Source: Gemmatimonadaceae bacterium
GTDB taxonomy: Bacteria; Gemmatimonadota; Gemmatimonadetes; Gemmatimonadales; Gemmatimonadaceae
Reading direction: 5' to 3'
Assembly (NCBI GenBank): GCA_033763905.1
Contig: JANRJP010000146.1
Span: 1 to 42,184 of the forward strand
Length of the DNA stretch: 42,184 nucleotides
This document shows, piece by piece, positions 10,800-19,855 of the stretch (positions within the stretch are counted from its first letter, which is position 1; each line of letters opens with the position of its first letter). The notes under the pieces are model-generated. The model saw only the letters and a program-made list of their open reading frames with translations. It ran no database searches and was not told where the DNA came from. Position numbers and translations under genes: made by a program.

Positions 10800-11428
10800 T
10801 GCCTGACGTCATTCTGGCATCCGCGTCGCCGCGTCGGCGCGAGCTCTTGACCCGCATCGGTGTGGCGCACGTCGTGGCCCCCGCCGATGTCGACGAGTCC
10901 GTGCAGCCCGGCGAGCGCCCGGCGGCCTACGTCGAACGCCTCGCCCGGGCCAAGGCGGCTGCGCTCGCGGCGAAAGCCCCGACGCGTGTCATCGTCGCCG
11001 CCGACACGACGGTCGTGCTCGACGACGACATTCTGGGCAAGCCGACCGGCCCCGACGATGCCCGCGCGATGCTGCGCCGGCTGGTCGGTCGCACGCATCA
11101 GGTGCTGACCGCCGTGGCGGTGCAGCGGGGCGCCGAGGTTGCTGCGGCGGTCGATGTGGTGGACGTGCGGATGCGACACGTGCCCGAGTCGGTCATCGCC
11201 GACTACGTGGCAACCGGCGAGCCGCTCGACAAAGCGGGCGCCTATGGCATTCAGGGATACGGCGGGGTGCTGGTCGAAGGCATTACCGGCGACTTCTTCG
11301 CCGTGATGGGGCTCGGGCTCGCGACGACGGTTCGTCTGCTCGACGCCGTCGGGGTACCGTGGGGATTCAGATCCCCATCGCCGCCAGATCCACGCCCCAC
11401 ACCGGGACCGGCTGGCTCTTTCCCTTGA
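10799..11428 (+). CDS. maf: Maf family nucleoside triphosphate pyrophosphatase (YhdE-like)
   Basis: From GTG 10799 (overlaps the dtd stop): ILASASPRRRELL, AADTTV, LGKP, DKAGAYGIQG. Confidence 0.93.
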   Translation: MPDVILASASPRRRELLTRIGVAHVVAPADVDESVQPGERPAAYVERLARAKAAALAAKAPTRVIVAADTTVVLDDDILGKPTGPDDARAMLRRLVGRTHQVLTAVAVQRGAEVAAAVDVVDVRMRHVPESVIADYVATGEPLDKAGAYGIQGYGGVLVEGITGDFFAVMGLGLATTVRLLDAVGVPWGFRSPSPPDPRPTPGPAGSFP

Positions 11429-13001
11429 GCTCCATCGGCGCCTGCTGCTTGAGCGGCGGCGCCTGACGCATCGCCTCACGGAACGGCTCCGACAACAGAA
11501 TCTCGCCACCGGCTGCCGCGCCGCACAGGCGGCTCGCGGTGTTCACGGTGTCACCGATGACGGTGAACTCGAGGCGGCGTTCCGAGCCGATGTTGCCGGC
11601 GAAGGCCTCGCCGAAGTTGAGCCCGATGCCGATCGCGAGCTCGGGGCGGAACTCGCTCCGCCACTTCTTGTTGAGCTCGTTCAGCGACTTCATCATATCG
11701 ATCGCGGCACGCATCGCGCGGTCGGCATCGTCGGGCTCGCCCAGCGGTGCGCCCCACTGCGCCATCACCGCGTCGCCGATGAACTTGTCGAGTGTGCCGC
11801 CGTGGCGGAACACGCACTCCACCATCTCGGTGAAGTACTCCGACAAGAGCCGCGCCATCTCGTCCGGATTCATCGTCTCGGACAGCGCGGTGAAGCCGCG
11901 AATGTCCGAGAACAGCACGGCCACCAGCCGCTTGTCGCCGCCCAGCTTCACGGCATCGGGCGACTGTGCGATCCGCGCCGCGAGCGCCGGCGTGAAGAAG
12001 CGCTCCAGGTTCGACCGCGCCAGCGTTTCCTTGCGAATCCGCTCGGCGAACTGCGAGTTCTCGAGCGCGACCGCGGCAATGCCCGAGAACGCGACGAGAT
12101 AGTCGAGGTCGTCCTCTTCGAAGCGGTGCGTCGCGAGGATCGAGTCGACGTAGATCACGCCGAGCGCGCGGCTCTCGCTGCCGACCAGCGGCGCGCAGAG
12201 CGCGGACCGTACCTGCTGCATTACGATCGATGCCCCACCAAAGCGCTGGTCCTCGGCGGCATTCTCGGACAGAATCGCCTGCTTGTCGTTGAACGCCGCC
12301 CGGGTGATCGACTGCGGCACCATCGAGCCGACCGAACGACCCTTGCGGTCGGTCGCGACCCGCGCGTGCAGGTTGCCCTCGGCGTCGGCCAGCAGAATCG
12401 CCACCCGATCGACGGCGAAGATCTTCGCGCACTTGTCGGCGATCGTCGTCAAGAGCGCGTCGACCGAGACCTGCTTCGTCAGCTCGGTGCTCACTTCGAG
12501 CAGCGTCGTCAGCCGTTCCTGTGCGCGGTCGGTGCGCCCCGCTTCGGTCGGCGCCGGGGTGCCGTCCGGCGTGATCCGCCCGTGCGGCCCGGAGCGCAGC
12601 GCCGCTGCGAGCCCCTTGATGTCGACCGGCAGCGCACGAACGATCGTCTGCCCGCCAAGCCCCGCGGACGCCGGCGGCGCGACAGGCTTCGGCGGCGCCG
12701 CCGCCTGCTGCTCCGCGTGCAACGTGAAGGCGACCTTCCCGAACGTCACCGTGTCGCCGACCGCGAGCGACACGAGGTCCGCCCCGACCGGCTCGGCGTT
12801 GTGGTAGGTGCCGTTGCTCGAGCCCAAATCGCGCACCTGCACGCGGCCGTCGCTCACGAGGAGTTCGGCGTGTCGGCGCGAGATCGTCGGGTCGGGGACC
12901 GGGATGTCGCTCGCGAGACCGCGACCGACGACCATCGGCGCTCCCTCCCGGAGGGGGAACGTCTGCGTGCCATCGGTGCCGACCAGCGAGTACTTGATCA
13001 C
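11367..13001 (-). CDS. FHA-GAF-class III adenylate cyclase
   Basis: FHA: VGR, ISRRHA, DLGSSNGT. GAF: SALCAPL, GVIYVDS. Cyclase: VLFSDIRGFT, LDKFIGDAVM, EFTVIGDTVNTASRL. Confidence 0.92.
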   Translation of the reverse strand: MIKYSLVGTDGTQTFPLREGAPMVVGRGLASDIPVPDPTISRRHAELLVSDGRVQVRDLGSSNGTYHNAEPVGADLVSLAVGDTVTFGKVAFTLHAEQQAAAPPKPVAPPASAGLGGQTIVRALPVDIKGLAAALRSGPHGRITPDGTPAPTEAGRTDRAQERLTTLLEVSTELTKQVSVDALLTTIADKCAKIFAVDRVAILLADAEGNLHARVATDRKGRSVGSMVPQSITRAAFNDKQAILSENAAEDQRFGGASIVMQQVRSALCAPLVGSESRALGVIYVDSILATHRFEEDDLDYLVAFSGIAAVALENSQFAERIRKETLARSNLERFFTPALAARIAQSPDAVKLGGDKRLVAVLFSDIRGFTALSETMNPDEMARLLSEYFTEMVECVFRHGGTLDKFIGDAVMAQWGAPLGEPDDADRAMRAAIDMMKSLNELNKKWRSEFRPELAIGIGLNFGEAFAGNIGSERRLEFTVIGDTVNTASRLCGAAAGGEILLSEPFREAMRQAPPLKQQAPMELKGKSQPVPVWGVDLAAMGI

Positions 13002-13034
13002 GGGGTCAACATATCGCGCCGGACCGCGCCCCCA

Positions 13035-14579
13035 CTAGCCACCGGCGGGCGTGGCCGACCGGGCGCGGCCAATCGCCGTCAAAATCGCCCGGGCCTTGTT
13101 CTCGGTCTCGGCCCACTCGTGCGCCGGAACCGAGTCCGCCACGATCCCGGCGCCGGTGCTGATCGACGCCGTGTCGCCGTGGAGAACGCAGGTCCGGATG
13201 GTGATCGCCAGATCCATCCGCCGCCGGCTGCCGCCGATCCAGCCCACGGCACCGGCGTAGGGGCCGCGGGCGGTCGGCTCGAGCTCGTCGATGATCTCCA
13301 TCGCGCGGATCTTCGGCGCGCCGGTCATCGTGCCGGCGGGAAACACGGCGCGAAAGGCGTCGAAGGCGGTGACGTCCGGTCGCAGCATGCCGGTGACTTC
13401 CGAGACGAGATGCAGGACGTGCGAGTACCGCTCGACCTGCATCATTTGCGGCACCTCGACGGTCCCGTACTCGGCGATCCGGCCGACGTCGTTGCGCCCG
13501 AGGTCGACGAGCATCACGTGCTCCGCCCGTTCCTTGGGGTCGGCGGCAACCTCCGCCGCGCGGGCTGCGTCCTGCGCGGGGGTAGTGCCGCGCGGTCGCG
13601 TGCCCGCGATCGGCCGCACCGTGACGCGGCCATCGGCCACGCGCACGAGCAACTCGGGCGAGCTCCCGACCAGCGACACGCCGTCGAGTTCAAGACAGTA
13701 CTGGTACGGCGACGGATTGAGCCCCCGCAGCACCCGGTACAGCGTCAGCGCGTCGAAGTCGCGCGGTACCGTGACGCGCCGCGAGAGCAGCACCTGGAAC
13801 ACGTCGCCGGCGCGGATGTACTCGAGCATCCGCGCGACGTGCGCTTCGAACGTCGCCCGATCGAGCGAGCTCTCGCCGGTGGCCGGGGCCGCCGTGGGGT
13901 CCACGTCCAGCGGCAGCAGCGGGGCGGGGGCGCGCAGGCGTGCGACCGCGGCGTCGAGTCGTGCGACCGCGTCGTCGTACAGCGGCCGCAGCGCTGCGGT
14001 GTTGGCACCGGCCGGTACGCGCACGGTGGCGATGCAGCGGGCGCCGCCACGCAGGTTGTCCAACGCGATGACCACCGAGGGCAGGACGAATAGCGCGTCC
14101 GGCACCTCTAGGGCGGGCTTTCCGCGATCGGGCAGTCGCTCGATGTACCGCACGACGTCGTAGCCCAGATAGCCGATCGCGCCGCCCCACACGTCGCCGA
14201 GTTCGGGTACCTCCACGGGCGGATCTGCACCGATCCACGCGTCTAGCGCCGCAAGCGGGTCGGTCGGCGTCGACTCGGCACCCCAGCCGGTCGTCGGGTG
14301 CCACTCCGACACCGCACCGCGCGCGAGCCGCCACGCCTTCCGCGGCGCGGCGCCCAAGTAGGTCCAGCGGGACCACGTTTCGCTCCCCGCCGGAGCCGAC
14401 TCGAGCAGGAACGAAAACGGCCCCTCGCGAAGGGCGGCGTAGGCCGCAACCGGCGTCGCGCTGTCGAGAAGGATCTCACGCCAGACGGGGACCAAACCTC
14501 CCGGCGCGGCGCGACGGACAAAGCCCTCGAACCCGCCATCCAACGCGGCGCCGAACGCGCCCGCGCCCGCCGCACTCAC
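13035..14579 (-). CDS. trpE: Anthranilate synthase component I (MST chorismate-binding family)
   Basis: FLLES, GDVFQV, NPSPY, GSSPE, RPIAGTRPRG, KERAEHVMLVDLGRND, FPAGTMTGAPK, GAGIVADS. Confidence 0.85.
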   Translation of the reverse strand: MSAAGAGAFGAALDGGFEGFVRRAAPGGLVPVWREILLDSATPVAAYAALREGPFSFLLESAPAGSETWSRWTYLGAAPRKAWRLARGAVSEWHPTTGWGAESTPTDPLAALDAWIGADPPVEVPELGDVWGGAIGYLGYDVVRYIERLPDRGKPALEVPDALFVLPSVVIALDNLRGGARCIATVRVPAGANTAALRPLYDDAVARLDAAVARLRAPAPLLPLDVDPTAAPATGESSLDRATFEAHVARMLEYIRAGDVFQVLLSRRVTVPRDFDALTLYRVLRGLNPSPYQYCLELDGVSLVGSSPELLVRVADGRVTVRPIAGTRPRGTTPAQDAARAAEVAADPKERAEHVMLVDLGRNDVGRIAEYGTVEVPQMMQVERYSHVLHLVSEVTGMLRPDVTAFDAFRAVFPAGTMTGAPKIRAMEIIDELEPTARGPYAGAVGWIGGSRRRMDLAITIRTCVLHGDTASISTGAGIVADSVPAHEWAETENKARAILTAIGRARSATPAGG

Positions 14580-14809
14580 AGTGCCCCTCGGCGCTGGGGG
14601 GCTGGGCGAGGGGATGGTGACGGTCGATCGGGCACGGCGGAAGTCTATCGGGGCGTGACGAGCCGCAGCAAGAATCCCCCCAACCGCCGGTCGGAATGCG
14701 CCGCGCGGCGGCGTGCAGTGCTTGTGACCCCGTTGCGGCGTTCGGGCGCTGGCAAAGGGGTGGGCGATCTATACCTTTTGCGTATGCCTTGCACGACCCC
14801 CGGAGCCTG

Positions 14810-17110
14810 ATGGCCGTTCGCCCGCTGCGCGACGAGTGGCTGCTGCCGACGCTGGAGGCGATCCTCCCGCCCGACGGCTTCACGCAGCTCACGTCCGGCA
14901 CGGCCGAGGACTCCTACTGGGAGTCGGCGGTCCGTCGTCGGCTGACGTCCGACGACGAGATCCTCACCGCGTTGGCCGCGCGGTTCCGGATGAAGATCGC
15001 GAACCTGGCGCAGATCACGCAGCAGGCTCGCGATCTCGTGCCCGAGGCGCTCGCGCGCAAGTATCGCATCGTGCCGTTGGCGGTGTCGGATTCCGCGGTG
15101 GACATCGCGACGGCCGATCCGCACGATCTGGACTGCGAACGCACCTTGGCGTTCGCGCTCGGTCGGACGGTGCGGATGTCGCTCGCCTCGCCGATCAAGA
15201 TCACCGAGCGCATCGAGGAGCTGTACCGCCCCGAGAACGCGGTCGAAAAGATCCTCGATTCGGTGCAGTCGAACTACGACGTGCAGGAAATCGGCGAGGA
15301 CCTCGTCGACGACGAGTTCGAGATCTCGGCCGGCAAGGCGGCCGAGCGGCCGATCATTCGGCTGGTCGACCACATCGTGGCCGAAGGCATCACCAGTCGT
15401 GCGTCCGACATCCACCTCGAGCCCGAAGAGGGCGGCGTGGCCGTGCGGTATCGCATCGACGGCGTGCTGCGGCAGGTGATGGGATTGCCGCGTGCGGCCG
15501 GCGTGCCGCTGGTCTCGCGCATCAAGATCATGGCGGGGCTCGACATTGCCGATCGTCTGCGGCCGCAGGACGGTCGCGCGCGCGTGGCTGTCAACGGCGT
15601 GCGCATCGATCTGCGCGTGTCGACCTTGCCCGCGTCGAACGGCGAAAAGGTCGTCATTCGTATTCTCGATTCGCGCGCGACGGTGATTTCGCTCGACTCG
15701 ATGGGGCTGCACCCCGACGAGACCGAGCGGATGAAGTACCTGTACGGCCTGCGCGAAGGGATGGTGCTGGTCACCGGCCCGACGGGCTCGGGCAAGACGA
15801 CGACGCTGTACTCCGGCATTCGGCATATCCAGCAGAAGCCGCTCAACATCGTCACGATCGAAGACCCGGTCGAATACCGTTTGCAGGGCATCGTCCAGGT
15901 GCAGGTGAACGAGAAGGCGGGCGTGACCTTCGCGTCGGCGCTGCGCTCGATTCTGCGTCAGGACCCCGACGTCGTGCTGGTCGGCGAAATCCGCGACAAG
16001 GAAGCGGCGTCGATCGCGACGCAGGCGTCGCTCACCGGCCACTTGGTGCTGAGCACGCTGCACACGATCGACGCGCCGAGCGCGATCACGCGTCTGCTCG
16101 ACGTCGGGATCGAGTCGTACAAGATCGCGACCGCGCTCAAGGGCGTCGTCGCGCAGCGCCTGATGCGCAAGCTGTGCACGTCCTGCCGCGAGTTGTGGAT
16201 GGAGCCGGTGCCGGAGCGGATTCGCAAGTGGATTCCCGACGGCAGCACGCTGTATCGCCCGGTGGGCTGTCCGGATTGTTCGCAGACCGGCTACCGCGGC
16301 CGCTTGGCCGTGACCGAAGTGCTGATCGTGACGCCGGAAGTCGAACGCCGCATCGCGGCCGGCGAGTCGTCGGAGCGCATTGGCGATGCCGCGCGTGAAG
16401 GCGGGATGAAGTCGCTCTGGGAATCGGGCGTCGGCCACGTAAAGGCGGGCACGACCTCGCTCGAGGAACTGCTCCGCGTCGCCGAAGTCCCGATGGAAGG
16501 GAGCCGCGTGAGCGGCCGCGTGACGTCGAGTGTCGTCGCGGTGCCCGAGGCGCTGCCTGACGTCGGCAAGCCGCCGACGCCGACGCACAATCCTGCGGTG
16601 CCGCAGGTGCGGGTGCCCGGCGTGCCGTTCCGCGCGACGCCCAAGTCGACTCCGGTGATCTCGTCGTCGTTCGACGAAGCGGCCTTCCAGCTGCTCGACG
16701 ACGCGGCCCCGATTGCGCCGACCGCGCGCCGCACGGCGCACCAGATGAAGGTGCTGCTGGTCGAGGACGAAGAACCGCTGCGCCGTGTCGTGCGCGATCT
16801 GCTCGAGCGCGAAGGATTCATCGTGAGCGAGGCCGGTGACGGCGTCGCTGCGCTCGACGAGATCGACCGCAGTGCGCCGGATGTCGTGGTGCTCGACCTG
16901 AACCTGCCGCGCCTCGACGGCTATGGCGTACTCTCGCATTTGCGCGCGCGTCAGGCGACGGCGTCGTTGCCGGTGATCGTCCTGACCGCCAAGGGCGACG
17001 AAGACAGCGAAGTGCGCGTCTTCGAGTTCGGTGCCAACGACTACCTGACGAAGCCGTTCCGGCCGCGAGCGCTCAGCGCGCGCTTGCACGCGCTGCTCAA
17101 GCGCAGCTGA
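14810..17110 (+). CDS. GspE/PilB-family secretion/pilus ATPase with C-terminal receiver domain
   Basis: ASDIHLEP, RYRIDG, PQDGR, GPTGSGKTTT (Walker A), TIEDPVE (Asp box), LRQDPDVVLVGEIRD (Walker B), TGHLVLSTLHT (His box), CTSC...CPDC Zn site; REC at about 16745-17110. Start set to ATG 14810 with GGAG upstream. Confidence 0.93.
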   Translation: MAVRPLRDEWLLPTLEAILPPDGFTQLTSGTAEDSYWESAVRRRLTSDDEILTALAARFRMKIANLAQITQQARDLVPEALARKYRIVPLAVSDSAVDIATADPHDLDCERTLAFALGRTVRMSLASPIKITERIEELYRPENAVEKILDSVQSNYDVQEIGEDLVDDEFEISAGKAAERPIIRLVDHIVAEGITSRASDIHLEPEEGGVAVRYRIDGVLRQVMGLPRAAGVPLVSRIKIMAGLDIADRLRPQDGRARVAVNGVRIDLRVSTLPASNGEKVVIRILDSRATVISLDSMGLHPDETERMKYLYGLREGMVLVTGPTGSGKTTTLYSGIRHIQQKPLNIVTIEDPVEYRLQGIVQVQVNEKAGVTFASALRSILRQDPDVVLVGEIRDKEAASIATQASLTGHLVLSTLHTIDAPSAITRLLDVGIESYKIATALKGVVAQRLMRKLCTSCRELWMEPVPERIRKWIPDGSTLYRPVGCPDCSQTGYRGRLAVTEVLIVTPEVERRIAAGESSERIGDAAREGGMKSLWESGVGHVKAGTTSLEELLRVAEVPMEGSRVSGRVTSSVVAVPEALPDVGKPPTPTHNPAVPQVRVPGVPFRATPKSTPVISSSFDEAAFQLLDDAAPIAPTARRTAHQMKVLLVEDEEPLRRVVRDLLEREGFIVSEAGDGVAALDEIDRSAPDVVVLDLNLPRLDGYGVLSHLRARQATASLPVIVLTAKGDEDSEVRVFEFGANDYLTKPFRPRALSARLHALLKRS

Positions 17111-17123
17111 GCGGACCCACCCT

Positions 17124-17588
17124 GTGACCACGCGCGCCGCCGGCGTCGTGGATGTGTTCGTCGTCCGTCCTCGGGGCGGCGACTGGCAGGTCCTGTGTTT
17201 GCGACGAGCGGCCGCGCGTTCGCGCGCCGGCGCGTGGGAAATGGTCACCGGCCGTGTCGAGCGGGACGAGCATCCCGCCGCCGCCGCACGCCGCGAGGTG
17301 CGCGAGGAAACCGGCCTCGCGCTCGACGCGCTGTGGACGATCGGCGTCGAGTCGTTCTATCTGCCCTCGGCCGACGCGGTGCAGCACGCGCTCCTCTTTG
17401 TGGGCTTCGTGCCCGACGACGCATCGGTGACACTCGACGGGCACGAGCACGATGCCGCCGAGTGGTTGCCGCTCGATGCCGCGTGCGACCGGATGACCTG
17501 GCCCTGGGCGCGCCGACGCCTCCGCGAGGGGTACGAGCTGCTGCGGAGCGGCGACGCCGGCGTGGTCGATGACGTGACGCGCGCGTAG
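17124..17588 (+). CDS. NUDIX hydrolase (NudB-like features)
   Basis: Nudix box GRVERDEHPAAAARREVREETGL; WEMVTG and EHDAAEWL resemble the NudB subfamily. Confidence 0.85.
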   Translation: MTTRAAGVVDVFVVRPRGGDWQVLCLRRAAARSRAGAWEMVTGRVERDEHPAAAARREVREETGLALDALWTIGVESFYLPSADAVQHALLFVGFVPDDASVTLDGHEHDAAEWLPLDAACDRMTWPWARRRLREGYELLRSGDAGVVDDVTRA

Positions 17589-17607
17589 GGCCGCGATCGC
17601 CCGCCGC

Positions 17608-19833
17608 TCAGAACGTCGTCCGCACGCCCACCTGCACCTGCCGCGGCATTCCCGGCAGCAGCCCGCGGCTCCGGTCTACCACGTACAGCGTATTGCGCAG
17701 GTTCTTCACCGACACGTAGAGCGTACCGGCGTGCGCCGGCAGCGGCAGGTTCGCGACGGCGTGGATCAACGTCACCGCGTCGATCACGCCCTGCTGCCCA
17801 TCGGCCACCAGGACCGTGGTGTTGAGCGGATCGGCAAATTGGCGGCCAAGGTGCACCAACTCCACGCGGAGGTCGGCGCCACGGCGATGGCGGATGCCGG
17901 CACCCAGCGTGGCGGTCAGTTCGGGCGCGTAGGGCAGGCGATTGCCAGTCACCGACTGGCGCGACCGCGTGCCCGCAGCGTTCTGCTCGGCGTACACCTT
18001 GCCCACGACATCGCTGCCGGCCGTGCCCACATAGGCGAAGCGCGCGCCAGTGAACTGGGCCACCGGGACCCAGGTCAGCGCGACATCGCTGAACGTCGCC
18101 CAGCGCGCCGACGTCGGCGGCGCGAGGTGGGCTTCGAGCTCCAGCCCGCTATGCCGCGTCCGCCCCGCATTGGTGAGCGCCGCGCCGGTGCCGCCGGCAA
18201 TGCTTGCGGCGACGACCTGATTCTCGAAATCCATATGGAACGCCGTGAGCTCCACCCCGACGCCATTCGTCGCGTCGCGGCGCAGGCCCAGCTCGTAGTT
18301 CCACGAGCGCTCCGGTAGCAGTTCGATCACGCCCCCGGTGCTGTTGGAGATGATGTCCTCCGGCCGCGGCGGCGAGAAGCCGCGATGCGCTCCCGCGAAC
18401 ATCGTTGTGTTCGTGCCGAGGGACCACGTGGCGCCAAGCCCGGGAATCACCTCGGTCAGCGACGTGCTGCCGCTGATGCCGCCTGGCGCCGCCGCGAGCG
18501 GCAGGTGGTTCTGCCGACCGATGAAGATGCGTTCCACGCGGACGCCCGGCGTCACGAGCACGGGCCCCAGCGTGACGCGACCCTGCGCGTAGGCCGAGTA
18601 GGCGTCGGTCGTGCGGCGGTTGTCTTCGACGATGCCGCTGTTCACGTTGCCCACCGCGCCGATCGATCGCGACTCCGGCGTGCTGCCGTTGATCTGTCGG
18701 CGGTCTTGCCGTTCCACGTGCGCGCGCACGCCCGCGTCGAGCAGCAGCGGGGCGGCGCCGAGCATCAGCGCCCCGCTCCAGCGCGACTCCAGCCCGAGGA
18801 CGGTGTACGCGCGCAGCCGTCCTTCGACGCCGCAGGTCGTGCGGAGGTTCGCCATCCCGCCGCAGGTCGGATCCGACGCGTCGTTCGGGCGCTGCGCCGA
18901 GTTCGAGCTCTGCCGCCACCACGGACGATCGATGTGGTAGCCGTAGGCCGTCGTGCGCAGCGAGTGCATCGGACTCGCGCGCCACGCGTGAGCCACCGAG
19001 GCCCCGAAGCGACTCACGTCGAAGCGATCGTTGGCGAAGGGGTTCTGCCGCGCGTCGGCGGCCCACTCGGCTTCGGTCAGCCCGGAGTACGTGACCTGCG
19101 ATGCCTCACGGTAGACGTTGGTGCGAAGCTCCACCCGCTGGTCGTCGGCAATCGGAAGCTCCGCCTTGATCGTCGCGTCGCTGACCGTCGAGAAGGTGTT
19201 GCGACGCGCCCCTTCCGAGAGACGGCGGCCGGCGTCGAGCAGAAATCCCGCACCGTTGCGCGACGTCCCGATCTGGCCGCGGATGTCGCCGTACGCCTGC
19301 GAGCCGCCCGACACGCGGAGGGCCGCCGTGGTGCTGGCTGGAATCGCCGGCGTGAGGTAGTTGATGACGCCGCCGACAGTCTGGGGGCCGTAGAGGATCT
19401 GGCCGCTGCCCTTGATGACTTCGATGCCCGCGAACCGCTCGATCGGAGGGTGGTAGTAGGCGGCGTTGTCGCCGTAGGGGGCAATGGTGAGGGGCAGGCC
19501 GTCTTCGAGGAGCAGCACCTTGCTGCTCCGGGTGGGATTGAGGCCGCGGATCCCGATGTTCGGTCGCAGGCCGACGCCCTCTTCGTCGCGAACGTGTACG
19601 CCGGACACCTTCCGCAGGGCTTCGCCGATGCTGAGGACTCGGTCGCGTAGTAAACGCTGTTCACCAAGGATCGAGATACTGCCTGGCATCCGAGACCGCA
19701 CGTCCGGTCGCCCGAGGATCTCGACGCCCGGCAGCCGGCCGGTGTCAGCCGCTGCGGTCGCGGGTCGCTCTTGGCCGACAGCGGCCGATGCCAGGAGCGG
19801 GAGGAAGACGGCACAACGCAGCAGAACGCGCAT
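17608..19833 (-). CDS. FecA-like TonB-dependent receptor
   Basis: Signal peptide; plug NIGIRGLNPTRSSKVLLLEDG, IEVIKGSGQILYGPQTVGGVIN; PERSWNYELG; C-terminal Phe; Fur-like box upstream. Confidence 0.92.
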   Translation of the reverse strand: MRVLLRCAVFLPLLASAAVGQERPATAAADTGRLPGVEILGRPDVRSRMPGSISILGEQRLLRDRVLSIGEALRKVSGVHVRDEEGVGLRPNIGIRGLNPTRSSKVLLLEDGLPLTIAPYGDNAAYYHPPIERFAGIEVIKGSGQILYGPQTVGGVINYLTPAIPASTTAALRVSGGSQAYGDIRGQIGTSRNGAGFLLDAGRRLSEGARRNTFSTVSDATIKAELPIADDQRVELRTNVYREASQVTYSGLTEAEWAADARQNPFANDRFDVSRFGASVAHAWRASPMHSLRTTAYGYHIDRPWWRQSSNSAQRPNDASDPTCGGMANLRTTCGVEGRLRAYTVLGLESRWSGALMLGAAPLLLDAGVRAHVERQDRRQINGSTPESRSIGAVGNVNSGIVEDNRRTTDAYSAYAQGRVTLGPVLVTPGVRVERIFIGRQNHLPLAAAPGGISGSTSLTEVIPGLGATWSLGTNTTMFAGAHRGFSPPRPEDIISNSTGGVIELLPERSWNYELGLRRDATNGVGVELTAFHMDFENQVVAASIAGGTGAALTNAGRTRHSGLELEAHLAPPTSARWATFSDVALTWVPVAQFTGARFAYVGTAGSDVVGKVYAEQNAAGTRSRQSVTGNRLPYAPELTATLGAGIRHRRGADLRVELVHLGRQFADPLNTTVLVADGQQGVIDAVTLIHAVANLPLPAHAGTLYVSVKNLRNTLYVVDRSRGLLPGMPRQVQVGVRTTF

Positions 19834-19855
19834 CGAACGGGAGGGGATCGATTAG

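Noticed and set aside
14580..14809. Trp attenuator leader peptide for trpE
   Set aside because: No tandem Trp codons or U-tailed attenuator on the minus strand.
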